The translations under genes and the position numbers were made by a program. From an uncultured Muribaculaceae bacterium (GTDB taxonomy: Bacteria > Bacillota_I > Bacilli_A > RF39 > UBA660): a stretch of DNA of 64,000 nucleotides. The notes beneath the pieces are model-generated. The model was not told where the DNA came from and did no database searches. It saw only the letters and a list, made by a program, of their open reading frames with translations. Where the stretch lies: contig CAZRJK010000001.1 in assembly GCA_964600615.1 (NCBI GenBank), forward strand, positions 28,121 to 92,120. The letters run 5' to 3'. Below, piece by piece: positions 1-9,064 of this stretch. How positions within the stretch are numbered: position 1 is the stretch's first letter; every line of letters begins with the position of its first letter.

Positions 1-68
1 GAGGTTGTAGTGTAGAAGACATAGTTGGAGTAGTAACTATTACAGCTATTCAAGATACAATTAAGTAA
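1..68 (+). CDS. 3' end of an upstream gene (partial, ...VEDIVGVVTITAIQDTIK*)
   Basis: Frame 3 is open from the window edge to TAA at 66-68; no start is visible. Confidence 0.25.
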   Translation, partial: GCSVEDIVGVVTITAIQDTIK

Positions 69-78
69 GGAGATAATT

Positions 79-1050
79 ATGAAAAAAATATTAGTCCTAT
101 TTGGTGGACATTCCTTTGAACATGATGTATCAGTTAGATCATGTAAAACTATTATGGATAACATAGATAAAGAAAAATATGATGTCTCTTTATGTGGAAT
201 AAGTAGAGATGGTGAATTCTATTCCTATTTAGATGATATATCTAAATTAGATAAAAACTGGATTAATAAAAAAGTAAATAAAATAGAAAATATTATTATG
301 TATCTTAAAACATTTGATAAAGTATTTCCCATAATTCATGGCATGGATGGAGAAGATGGTAAAATTCAAGGATTATTAGATATTATAGAAGTTCCCTATG
401 TAGGACCTAATAATGAAGGAAATATATTAGGATATGATAAAGCTATTACAAAAATAATTTGTGAAAAAAATAATATCCCGCAGTTGCCATATATTGTTTT
501 ATATAAAGATAATGAAATTAATAATATTTCTATACCATTTCCAGTTATTATAAAACCATCTCGCTGTGGCTCATCTATAGGTATTAATGTAGCTAATAAT
601 ATAAACGAATTAAACAAATATATTAAAGAAGCCTATAAATATGATAATAAAATAATTATAGAAAAATATATTCATAAGCGTCGTGAACTAGAATGTGCTG
701 TTCTAGGTAAAAAGGAAATAATTACCTCCTCAATTGGTGAAATAATCCTAGCTAATGGATTCTATGATTATGATTCCAAATATATAAATGATACTAAAGT
801 AGGAATACCTGCTAATATTAATAGCACACTATCAAAAGAAATAAAAGAACTAGCAAAAAAAATCTTTACCATTTTAGACCTAAAAGATTTATCAAGGATA
901 GATTTTCTATACGATATGGATAATAATAAATTGTACTTTAACGAAGTAAATACTCTTCCAGGATTTACCAGTATTAGTATGTATCCGCTATTATTTGAAT
1001 ATGATGGTATAAGTACCAAAGAATTAATAACTAAATTAATTGAAAAATAA
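79..1050 (+). CDS. ddl: D-alanine--D-alanine ligase
   Basis: N-terminal MKKILVLFGGHSFEHDVS and ATP-grasp layout; length 323 aa; RBS AAGGAG upstream. Confidence 0.9.
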   Translation: MKKILVLFGGHSFEHDVSVRSCKTIMDNIDKEKYDVSLCGISRDGEFYSYLDDISKLDKNWINKKVNKIENIIMYLKTFDKVFPIIHGMDGEDGKIQGLLDIIEVPYVGPNNEGNILGYDKAITKIICEKNNIPQLPYIVLYKDNEINNISIPFPVIIKPSRCGSSIGINVANNINELNKYIKEAYKYDNKIIIEKYIHKRRELECAVLGKKEIITSSIGEIILANGFYDYDSKYINDTKVGIPANINSTLSKEIKELAKKIFTILDLKDLSRIDFLYDMDNNKLYFNEVNTLPGFTSISMYPLLFEYDGISTKELITKLIEK

Positions 1051-1082
1051 AGCAAAAGAATAAAATCTCTTTTGCTTTTTCA
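1051..1082 (+). terminator. Rho-independent terminator after ddl
   Basis: agcaaaaga / tcttttgct 9-bp stem followed by a T-run. Confidence 0.6.
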
Positions 1083-1143
1083 TTTAAAATAGTTGAAATA
1101 AAGCCAAAAAAAAGATATAATAATAAAGAAAGTAGTGATAAAA

Positions 1144-1593
1144 ATGAAAGAAAAAAAGAATAATAATAAAAAAGTAACTAGCAAAGAGAAAAAAACAAAT
1201 ACTAAAAAAGAACAGAAAACACAAACAAAGAATATTAAAAAAGAAGTTAAAGAAGAAAAAACAAAAAATAAGCCAAAAAAAACAATTATAATATATTTAG
1301 CACTTTTGATAGTGGACATAATAATGATTATTTATGCTGCAAGACACAATTTTGTAAATTATACATCAATGCCAGGCATGAGTAAAATATTAATAGGTAA
1401 TAATAAAAAACTATTTTTTGGTAGAAACTATATAAATATAATTATAACTATTTTCTTCTCTATTTATACATTACTTTGTAATAAATACATTTTAAAAATA
1501 AAAAATACTAAAAAACTAACAATTTCTTTAATAATATTTTACTTAATACTAAATATAGCTTTATTCTATTTATTCACTAAAAGAATATACTAA
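1144..1593 (+). CDS. Hypothetical membrane protein with a Lys/Glu-rich low-complexity N-terminus
   Basis: ORF-track 1135 start is GTG; the in-frame ATG is at 1144. About 50 aa of K/E/T-rich sequence, then 3-4 hydrophobic helices. Confidence 0.4.
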   Translation: MKEKKNNNKKVTSKEKKTNTKKEQKTQTKNIKKEVKEEKTKNKPKKTIIIYLALLIVDIIMIIYAARHNFVNYTSMPGMSKILIGNNKKLFFGRNYINIIITIFFSIYTLLCNKYILKIKNTKKLTISLIIFYLILNIALFYLFTKRIY

Positions 1594-1605
1594 TAAGGTG
1601 AAACT

Positions 1606-2631
1606 ATGAAGAATATTTATAACTATACCTTAGAAGAATTACAAGATTATTTTATAAAAAATAATGATAAAAAATTTAGAGCCAATCAAATATATGAATT
1701 TTTATATAAAAAAAGAGTAAAAACATTTAAAGAAATGAACAATATAGGCCAAAAAGCAATAGAGAAATTAGAAAAAGAATTTAGTATAGACCAAATAAAA
1801 TTAATCTTAAAACAAGAAGATAAAGATGTAAAAAAATATCTATTTGAACTAGCAGATAAACAAAGAATAGAATCAGTACTAATGTTCCATGATTATGGCA
1901 TAAGTATTTGTATATCCTCTCAAGTAGGATGTAATATGGGATGTAAATTTTGTGAAAGTGGCAGATTAAAAAAAGTAAGAAACTTAGAAGCTTATGAAAT
2001 GGTAGAACAAATACTTTTTATTGAAGATGATATAAAAGAAAGAATATCCCATGTTGTAATAATGGGAATAGGAGAACCATTTGATAATTACGATAATGTC
2101 ATGAATTTTATCAAAATAATAACCAATCCTAAAGGAATAGAATTAGGAACAAGGCACATAACTGTTTCTACTTGTGGATTAATTCCTGGAATTGAAAAAT
2201 TCTCTAACGAAACAGGTCAAGTAAATCTAGCTATAAGTTTACATGCACCAAATGATGAAATAAGAACAAAAATAATGCCTATAGCCAAAGTATATCCATT
2301 AAATAATTTAATAAATACAATAAAAAAATACATAGAAAAAACTAATAGAAGAGTAACATTTGAATATATAATGTTAGAAGGGATTAATGATTCAATAGAA
2401 AATGCTAAAGAATTATCTAGTTTACTAAAAAATATAAATTGTTATGTAAATTTAATCCCCTATAATGAAACAGAAAATATAGAATTTAAAAGAACTGGTC
2501 AAACCAACATAATGAAATTTTATGATGTGCTAAAAAAGAACAAAATAAATGTAACAATTAGAAAAGAATTTGGTGGTAAAGTAGATGCTGCTTGTGGCCA
2601 ACTTAGAGCAAATCAGAAAGTAGGAGGGTAA
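1606..2631 (+). CDS. rlmN: 23S rRNA / tRNA (adenine-C2)-methyltransferase RlmN, radical SAM
   Basis: CNMGCKFCESG radical-SAM cysteine motif; conserved position upstream of stp-prkC. Confidence 0.9.
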   Translation: MKNIYNYTLEELQDYFIKNNDKKFRANQIYEFLYKKRVKTFKEMNNIGQKAIEKLEKEFSIDQIKLILKQEDKDVKKYLFELADKQRIESVLMFHDYGISICISSQVGCNMGCKFCESGRLKKVRNLEAYEMVEQILFIEDDIKERISHVVIMGIGEPFDNYDNVMNFIKIITNPKGIELGTRHITVSTCGLIPGIEKFSNETGQVNLAISLHAPNDEIRTKIMPIAKVYPLNNLINTIKKYIEKTNRRVTFEYIMLEGINDSIENAKELSSLLKNINCYVNLIPYNETENIEFKRTGQTNIMKFYDVLKKNKINVTIRKEFGGKVDAACGQLRANQKVGG

Positions 2632-2632
2632 T

Positions 2633-3373
2633 ATGGAAACAGCTTATATAACAAATCCAGGAAAAGTAAGAGATCATAACGAAGATAATGTTATAATTTT
2701 AAATAATGAAAATGATGAATATATCTTAGCTGTAGCAGATGGAATGGGAGGACATAGAGCTGGAGAAGTAGCTAGTGAAATAGTTATAAACCACTTAACT
2801 GAAGAATTTTATAGACTAGAATCCATTGGCAATAAAGAAACGGCTATCGAATGGTTAAGAAATATTGTAACTGAAATGAATAACAAAATCTTTGAATATA
2901 CAAAAGAAAATCCAGATAGTAAAGGAATGGGAACAACCTTTGTTTGTGCTATAATAACCAAGGATTACTTACTATATGGAAATATTGGTGATAGTTCAGG
3001 ATTTGTAATCAAAAATAAAAAAATGCATAAAGTAACTAAAGACCATACCTTAGTTAATCTATTAGTATCAACTGGAGAATTAACTGAAGAAGAAGCAAAA
3101 TACCATCCAAGAAAAAATGTTCTTATGAGAGCTTTAGGAGCTAATAATCCCATTGATATAGATATTTTTGACGTAGATACTAACATTTCAGGAATATTCT
3201 TATGTAGCGATGGATTAACTAATATGCTAACAGTAGAACAAATAGAAAAAGTATTAAATAGCGAATTAACAATAGAAGAAACAGTTGATAAACTAATTAA
3301 AAAAGCAAATGCCAGAGGTGGAAATGACAACATAAGTATAGCTTACCTAAAGAAGGAAAGTGGTGATAAGTAA
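2633..3373 (+). CDS. stp: PP2C-family Ser/Thr protein phosphatase (Stp/PrpC)
   Basis: ADGMGGHRAGEVAS and DNISIA PP2C motifs; 1-nt overlap with the kinase start. Confidence 0.9.
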   Translation: METAYITNPGKVRDHNEDNVIILNNENDEYILAVADGMGGHRAGEVASEIVINHLTEEFYRLESIGNKETAIEWLRNIVTEMNNKIFEYTKENPDSKGMGTTFVCAIITKDYLLYGNIGDSSGFVIKNKKMHKVTKDHTLVNLLVSTGELTEEEAKYHPRKNVLMRALGANNPIDIDIFDVDTNISGIFLCSDGLTNMLTVEQIEKVLNSELTIEETVDKLIKKANARGGNDNISIAYLKKESGDK

Positions 3374-5331
3374 TGCTATCAAAGGGGCAAAAAATTAATG
3401 ATCGATATGAAATCATTAAATCTATTGGCGAAGGTGGAATGGCTAATGTTTACTTAGCAAAAGATACCATTTTAGAAAGAAAAGTTGCCATTAAAGTATT
3501 AAGAGGTGACTTAGAAAATGATGAAAAATTTATTAGAAGATTCCAAAGAGAAGCAAGATCAGTATCAGATTTATCACACCCTAATATAGTAGAAGTATAT
3601 GATGTAGGTGAAGAAGAAGGACAACACTATATCGTCATGGAATATATTGATGGTAGAACCCTAAAACAATTAATTCAAAAAAGAGGTGCTCTAACTGTAC
3701 CAGAAGTAATTGATATTATGACTCAACTAACTGATGGACTAGCTACTGCTCATGAAGCTTATATAATTCATAGAGATATCAAAGCCCAAAATATCATGAT
3801 TTTAGATAATGGACTAATCAAAATAACTGATTTTGGCATTGCTATGACCCTGAACGCAACCCAACTAACACAAACAAATTCTGTAATGGGCTCAGTTCAC
3901 TATTTACCACCAGAACAAGCTGGTGGCCAAACAGCAACTACTAAAAGTGATATCTATTCCTCAGGTATATTAATGTATGAATTATTAACAGGAACTCTTC
4001 CCTTTAAAGGAGATAATGCCGTAGAAATAGCTTTAAAACAAATGAAAGAGAAATTACCAAGTATTAGAAAACAAAACCCATTAATTCCTCAAAGTATTGA
4101 AAACATAGTTTTAAAGGCAACCGCAAAAAATCCTAAAAATAGATATGATAATATAAAAGATATGCACGATGACTTAGTACACGCTTTAGATGAAGATAGA
4201 ATTGATGAAGCAAAATATAGTTATAAATATCCAGAAAGTGATATGGATGATAGTAAAGCAATTCCTATAAAAGATACAACAATAGAAGTACCTAAAGCAA
4301 AAGATATCGATTTACCAGAAAAAGAAGAAGACTCAGAAGAGGATTTATTTATAGATAGTCCAAACAACAAAAAAAGAAATATAATTATTTTAATTGTCTT
4401 AGTATTATTTCTTGCTTTGTTCGCTATAATAGCCATTATTAACCATAAAAATAATTCTTCAATTGCAACTGTACCAAATGTAGAAAATATAAAAACGAGT
4501 GCTGCTCAAAAAAAATTAAAAGAAAAAGGATTCAAATATGAAGTTGAAAGTGAAGAAAGTGATGAAGTAGAAGAAGGATATGTAATCAAAACAAATCCTA
4601 AAGCAGGATCATCAAAGAAAAAAGGAAGTATTATAAAAATAATAGAGTCATCAGGACCTGTAAAATCAGACTTAGAAGATTATACAGGTGAAAACTTTGA
4701 TGACATCGAAGCAAAATTAACTAAATTAGGTGTAAAAGTAAAAAGAGAAAAGAAAGAAGTAGAAAAACCAAGTGAATATGTAGGGAAAATCAATACTATA
4801 ATTGATCAAACACCAAAATATGAAGAAGGAGAAGAACAAAAATTATCTAGTGATGATATATTAGTTCTTTATACTCCTGATATTTTAGAAGAATATCCAG
4901 ATATGGTAGAAGAAGAATGGACCGTAGAAAAAGTAGAACAATTTGCTAAAGATTATGGATTAAATCTAACAGTAAAAGATTCTAAAGGAAAAACTATCCA
5001 AGATTACAGTCAATACTTAAACAAACCAGTAAAAAGCCAAAACAGAAAAGGAAAAATCTCAACTGGTGTATCCTTCTCTGTATCAATTGAAGCAGACACT
5101 ACTACCTATAATTTAATTGTAAATTATATAGAAAAAGGTACAAGCAAATCAATAAAAGATGAATATAGAGAAAATCACAAAAATGGTGAAAAAGGCACTT
5201 ATACTTGTCCTGGAATAACAGGTTACAGTATTGATGAAAGTGAAAAAAGTAAAACATATACAATAAGTGATAAAGATGTGCCAATAAAATGTGAATATAC
5301 TAAGGTTGAAGAAGAAAACTCTGACGGCTAA
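3373..5331 (+). CDS. prkC: Ser/Thr protein kinase PrkC with transmembrane segment and three PASTA repeats
   Basis: HRDIKAQNIM catalytic loop, DFGIA, a transmembrane helix near residue 340, three PASTA-like repeats, and an extra C-terminal domain. Confidence 0.9.
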   Translation: MLSKGQKINDRYEIIKSIGEGGMANVYLAKDTILERKVAIKVLRGDLENDEKFIRRFQREARSVSDLSHPNIVEVYDVGEEEGQHYIVMEYIDGRTLKQLIQKRGALTVPEVIDIMTQLTDGLATAHEAYIIHRDIKAQNIMILDNGLIKITDFGIAMTLNATQLTQTNSVMGSVHYLPPEQAGGQTATTKSDIYSSGILMYELLTGTLPFKGDNAVEIALKQMKEKLPSIRKQNPLIPQSIENIVLKATAKNPKNRYDNIKDMHDDLVHALDEDRIDEAKYSYKYPESDMDDSKAIPIKDTTIEVPKAKDIDLPEKEEDSEEDLFIDSPNNKKRNIIILIVLVLFLALFAIIAIINHKNNSSIATVPNVENIKTSAAQKKLKEKGFKYEVESEESDEVEEGYVIKTNPKAGSSKKKGSIIKIIESSGPVKSDLEDYTGENFDDIEAKLTKLGVKVKREKKEVEKPSEYVGKINTIIDQTPKYEEGEEQKLSSDDILVLYTPDILEEYPDMVEEEWTVEKVEQFAKDYGLNLTVKDSKGKTIQDYSQYLNKPVKSQNRKGKISTGVSFSVSIEADTTTYNLIVNYIEKGTSKSIKDEYRENHKNGEKGTYTCPGITGYSIDESEKSKTYTISDKDVPIKCEYTKVEEENSDG

Positions 5332-5346
5332 TATTTAGGGGGAATA

Positions 5347-6192
5347 ATGGAAGGATTAATAATTAAAAATATAAGTAATGACTATATAGTTAAAGCAAAT
5401 GATAAAGAATATATCTGTAAACCAAGAGGAAGGTTTAGATTAGAAAAAACAACTCCCCTTGTAGGAGACAAAGTAACATTTGATGAAAATAATAACTATA
5501 TCTTAAATATTAATAAAAGAAAAAACTATCTAATAAGACCAAATGTTGCTAATATAGATATAGCGCTAATAGTAACAAGTGTTAAAAATCCTAATCTAGA
5601 TACTAATCTTCTGGATAAACTATTAACAATTATTAGTTATAACAACATAGAACCAATAATTTGCTTTACCAAATTAGATTTATTAACTAATGAAGAAAGA
5701 AATATTATTAATAAATACATAGATTATTATAAAAAAATAGGCTATAAAGTTCTAACTAATGAGAAGAAAGATAATTTTAATAATATCTTTAAAAATAAAA
5801 TAGTAGTCTTAACTGGTCAATCAGGAGCAGGAAAAAGTAGCCTATTAAATAAATTAGATAGCAATCTAAATCTTAAAACAGATGATATATCTTATGCCTT
5901 AAATAGAGGAAAACATACCACTAGACATACAGAATTATATGAAATAATGGACGGTTATATTGTAGATACTCCAGGATTCTCTGAATTAGATTTTCATAAC
6001 ATGACTAAAACAGATATAATGCATAATATGAAAGATATATTTGATAATTCTCATAATTGCAAATATAAAGATTGTATGCATCTAAAAGAAGACAATTGCT
6101 ATGTAAAAGAACAAGTAGAAAAAGGAAATATCTTAGAATCAAGATATAATAACTATAAAAAATTTATTGAAAGTATAAAAGATATAAGATAA
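5347..6192 (+). CDS. rsgA: Ribosome small-subunit-dependent GTPase A (RsgA/YjeQ/CpgA)
   Basis: Circularly permuted GTPase: GQSGAGKSSLLN, DTPGF, C-terminal Cys/His zinc knuckle CKYKDCMHLKEDNC. Confidence 0.9.
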   Translation: MEGLIIKNISNDYIVKANDKEYICKPRGRFRLEKTTPLVGDKVTFDENNNYILNINKRKNYLIRPNVANIDIALIVTSVKNPNLDTNLLDKLLTIISYNNIEPIICFTKLDLLTNEERNIINKYIDYYKKIGYKVLTNEKKDNFNNIFKNKIVVLTGQSGAGKSSLLNKLDSNLNLKTDDISYALNRGKHTTRHTELYEIMDGYIVDTPGFSELDFHNMTKTDIMHNMKDIFDNSHNCKYKDCMHLKEDNCYVKEQVEKGNILESRYNNYKKFIESIKDIR

Positions 6193-6222
6193 CTTATATC
6201 TTTTACCAATAGGAGTGATAAT

Positions 6223-7146
6223 ATGCAAATATCAACTTCAATACTAAACTCTAATAATAGAGAAGATTCCATAAAAAAACTAAATTATACTAAAACAAAA
6301 TATATTCATATTGATGTAATGGATGGAAAATTTGTTGAAGATAAGCAATTTACCATAGATGAAATAAAAAAACTAAATAATATATCCATGAAAAAATTAG
6401 ATATCCACTTAATGGTGGAAAACCCAATTGAGTATATCCAAAAACTAGATAATTTAAACATACAATATATAACTTTCCACATAGAAGTGGAAAAAGATAT
6501 AAACAAAACTATAGATAAAATAAAAGAACTAGGATATAAAGTTGGTATTTCCATAAAACCTAATACTGATATTAATAAATTAACTCCTTACTTAGATAAA
6601 ATAGATCTAATTCTAATAATGAGTGTCGAACCAGGTAAAGGTGGCCAAACATTCCTACCAAATACTCCAAATAGAATTAAAAAAATAAAAGAATTAATAA
6701 CAAATAAAAACATCTTGCTAGAAGTAGATGGCGGCATAAATAATGAAACAATAAGTAAAATAGGAGAAGCTAATATCGCCGTAGTAGGTTCTTATATAAC
6801 TAAAAGTACTGATTACGTTTACAAAATAAATAACCTAAGTCGAGGAAAAATAAGCATACCTTTTTTAGTTATAACAATAATAATAAGTTTATTAGCCATT
6901 AAACACATATTAACACCAATTGATTATGACAAATGTGATTATTTCTGTAGAGAGAGCAATATTAAAACATTTTATGTTGTTTCATTATCATGGATATCAA
7001 CTATATTCTGTATGGTATATGTAGATCGTTTAACAAATCAGATAAAGAAAAGTAAATCACAAAAAAGAATTATTATAATTGGATTAACATTCAGTTTATT
7101 ACCATGGCTAGTACTATTCTTACAAATAATAATCTCTCTCACTTAA
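6223..7146 (+). CDS. rpe: Ribulose-phosphate 3-epimerase fused to an about 90 aa C-terminal membrane tail
   Basis: First about 215 aa match the Rpe TIM barrel (MSVEPGKGGQTF, EVDGGIN). The ORF continues without a stop into 2-3 hydrophobic helices. Confidence 0.8.
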   Translation: MQISTSILNSNNREDSIKKLNYTKTKYIHIDVMDGKFVEDKQFTIDEIKKLNNISMKKLDIHLMVENPIEYIQKLDNLNIQYITFHIEVEKDINKTIDKIKELGYKVGISIKPNTDINKLTPYLDKIDLILIMSVEPGKGGQTFLPNTPNRIKKIKELITNKNILLEVDGGINNETISKIGEANIAVVGSYITKSTDYVYKINNLSRGKISIPFLVITIIISLLAIKHILTPIDYDKCDYFCRESNIKTFYVVSLSWISTIFCMVYVDRLTNQIKKSKSQKRIIIIGLTFSLLPWLVLFLQIIISLT

Positions 7147-7154
7147 AAAATAAA

Positions 7155-7178
7155 AACTTCCAAATAGGAAGTTTTTTA
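7155..7178. terminator. Bidirectional hairpin between convergent rpe and tsaC
   Basis: aacttcc / ggaagtt stem flanked by an A-run and a T-run; abuts the tsaC stop. Confidence 0.55.
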
Positions 7179-8189
7179 TATTTCTATGTAATTATAAGAA
7201 CATGCTCTAATTAATCTATTCATAATAGCAAGACCTAGTCCATTAGCTTTAACACCTTCAATTATAATTAATTCCTTATCATATTTATCAACACTTCTTA
7301 ATATTCTAAATATATTATGAGAAATATCCTCTAAAGTTTCTCCGTATTCAATAGCATTCTTAAACAAATCAACATTCTTACTATTAGAAATAACTAAAGT
7401 ATTATCAGTCTCTAACTCCTTAATTTTATTAATTAACTTATCTTTATCATCACTATAAACTAATATACAATTAGTCTTAGGAGCATAATGCCTATACTTC
7501 ATACCAGGAGACAAAACAATTTCATTATTAACGTTTCCTAAAATATGTGAATCAATTATTACTTTTCCATATTTAGACAAATCATCATAAGTAATCTTGC
7601 CAGGTCTTAATATATGTATTTCATTATTAATAACCCTTATAACAGTAGATTCCACCCCAATATTAGTGTCTCCTCCATTTATTACGTAAGAAACTTTTTC
7701 ACCCAATTCCTCATATATATCACTAATATTTGTACCACTAGGCCTACCAGATATATTAGCACTAGGAGCAGCTATTGGCCTATCAGATAATTCTATTAAA
7801 TCATGAGCAATATCATTTATAGGCATTCTAACTCCCACAGTATCTAAATTAGCACTAACGATATCAGGAACAATCTTTTTCTTCCTTAAAATAATAGTTA
7901 ATGGACCAGGAAAAAAATTATCTATTAAATCTTTCTCTATTTTAGAATCAATATAAGCAATTCTCCTAATCATATCAATACTAGAAACATGCATTATTAA
8001 TGGATTATCACTAGCTCTACCCTTAGCAACAAAAATATTCCTAACAGCTTCTTCATTAAGTCCATCAGCTCCAATACCATAAACAGTTTCTGTAGGAAAT
8101 ATAACTAATTTACCATCATTTATATATTTACTAGCCTCCTTTAATAATCCTTTGCTATAATTCTCTCTCAAATCAATATATTTAGACAT
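7176..8189 (-). CDS. tsaC: L-threonylcarbamoyladenylate synthase (Sua5/YwlC type, TsaC with Sua5 C-terminal domain)
   Basis: VIFPTETVYGIGAD YrdC/Sua5 motif; ORF-track start 8198 is GTG, ATG at 8189 has RBS AAAGGTGA. Confidence 0.85.
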   Translation of the reverse strand: MSKYIDLRENYSKGLLKEASKYINDGKLVIFPTETVYGIGADGLNEEAVRNIFVAKGRASDNPLIMHVSSIDMIRRIAYIDSKIEKDLIDNFFPGPLTIILRKKKIVPDIVSANLDTVGVRMPINDIAHDLIELSDRPIAAPSANISGRPSGTNISDIYEELGEKVSYVINGGDTNIGVESTVIRVINNEIHILRPGKITYDDLSKYGKVIIDSHILGNVNNEIVLSPGMKYRHYAPKTNCILVYSDDKDKLINKIKELETDNTLVISNSKNVDLFKNAIEYGETLEDISHNIFRILRSVDKYDKELIIIEGVKANGLGLAIMNRLIRACSYNYIEI

Positions 8190-8209
8190 AATAATCACCT
8201 TTATAATAT

Positions 8210-8233
8210 TAAAAAAAACTTCCCAAGGAAGTT
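8210..8233 (-). terminator. Terminator of rpmB
   Basis: Same aacttcc / ggaagtt stem as at 7155, followed on the - strand by a T-run. Confidence 0.5.
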
Positions 8234-8236
8234 CTA

Positions 8237-8416
8237 TTAAGCGTTCTTTAAAGATCTAATTTCTCTAGCACTTAGTCTAACCTTTACAACATTACCTTTT
8301 TCATCTTTAACCTTAACTTGTTGTAAGTTTACTTTTTGAGCCTTCTTAGTTACTTTTAAACAATTAGGTCTATTATTAGCATAATTAGTTTTTTTACTTG
8401 ATATATTCTTAGCCAT
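8237..8416 (-). CDS. rpmB: 50S ribosomal protein L28
   Basis: 59-aa hand translation MAKNISSKKTNYANNRPNCLKVTKKAQKVNLQQVKVKDEKGNVVKVRLSAREIRSLKNA matches the L28 pattern (NNRxxx...NLQxV...G..KKV.VSARA); GGAGGG RBS; below the 60-aa ORF-track cut-off. Confidence 0.8.
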   Translation of the reverse strand: MAKNISSKKTNYANNRPNCLKVTKKAQKVNLQQVKVKDEKGNVVKVRLSAREIRSLKNA

Positions 8417-8553
8417 TATTATCCCTCCTCAAAAAACATCGTATAATAACTTTATCACAAAATAAGTACTAAGTCAAACATTTTTAAGCTAAAATCCCAA
8501 TAACTGTAACAAAATAATGATATTGGCATAATTTATTTTAGGAAGTGAAAGAC

Positions 8554-8997
8554 ATGTATGAAATATATAAAATAAATGAAACAGATAACTTAAAAGAAAT
8601 AACAGAAAAGTATAAAACAACAGAAGATGAATTAATAAAAATAAATGGAGAAGATTTAATAAACAAAATAATCCCTAATAATTTAATTATAGTACCCAAA
8701 AATAAAAACACCAAATATGATTATTACACCGTTAAAAAAGAAGATAATATCTATCAAATAGCTAATAATAATAACGTAGATTATAATACTTTACTAAAAA
8801 TAAATGGCCTAGATAAAGATGATTATATTTATCCTAATCAAACAATAATGTTACCAAGAAAAGATAAAAATACTTATCTCACTAAAGAAAAAGACACTTT
8901 AAATAAGATAATAAAAGATTTAAATATTGATATTAATACATTAATCAAAGAAAATGATGAAATATTCTTGGAAGAAGAACAAATAATATTTTTTTAA
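8554..8997 (+). CDS. LysM-repeat protein (three LysM-like repeats)
   Basis: Three copies of the D.L..I......L...N pattern; the 8545 start is GTG, ATG at 8554. Confidence 0.55.
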   Translation: MYEIYKINETDNLKEITEKYKTTEDELIKINGEDLINKIIPNNLIIVPKNKNTKYDYYTVKKEDNIYQIANNNNVDYNTLLKINGLDKDDYIYPNQTIMLPRKDKNTYLTKEKDTLNKIIKDLNIDINTLIKENDEIFLEEEQIIFF

Positions 8998-9028
8998 AGA
9001 GAAATAGCTTTATATTTCTCTTTTTTTA
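8998..9028 (+). terminator. Rho-independent terminator
   Basis: agagaaata / tatttctct stem plus T-run. Confidence 0.6.
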
Positions 9029-9064
9029 TTGTATAATAATAAAAAATAGATAGGGGAGATTAAT

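Noticed and set aside
396-617. Antisense ORFs inside ddl (396-617 and 768-1055 on the - strand)
   Set aside because: Fully embedded in a well-supported coding gene; low-complexity, hydrophobic translations typical of AT-rich antisense frames.
1080-1319. 79-aa minus-strand ORF rich in Phe/Leu
   Set aside because: Mirror image of the Lys-rich (AAA/AAG) N-terminus of the + strand gene; this is a poly-T artefact.
2965-3333. 122-aa antisense ORF inside stp
   Set aside because: Embedded in the PP2C gene; no RBS.
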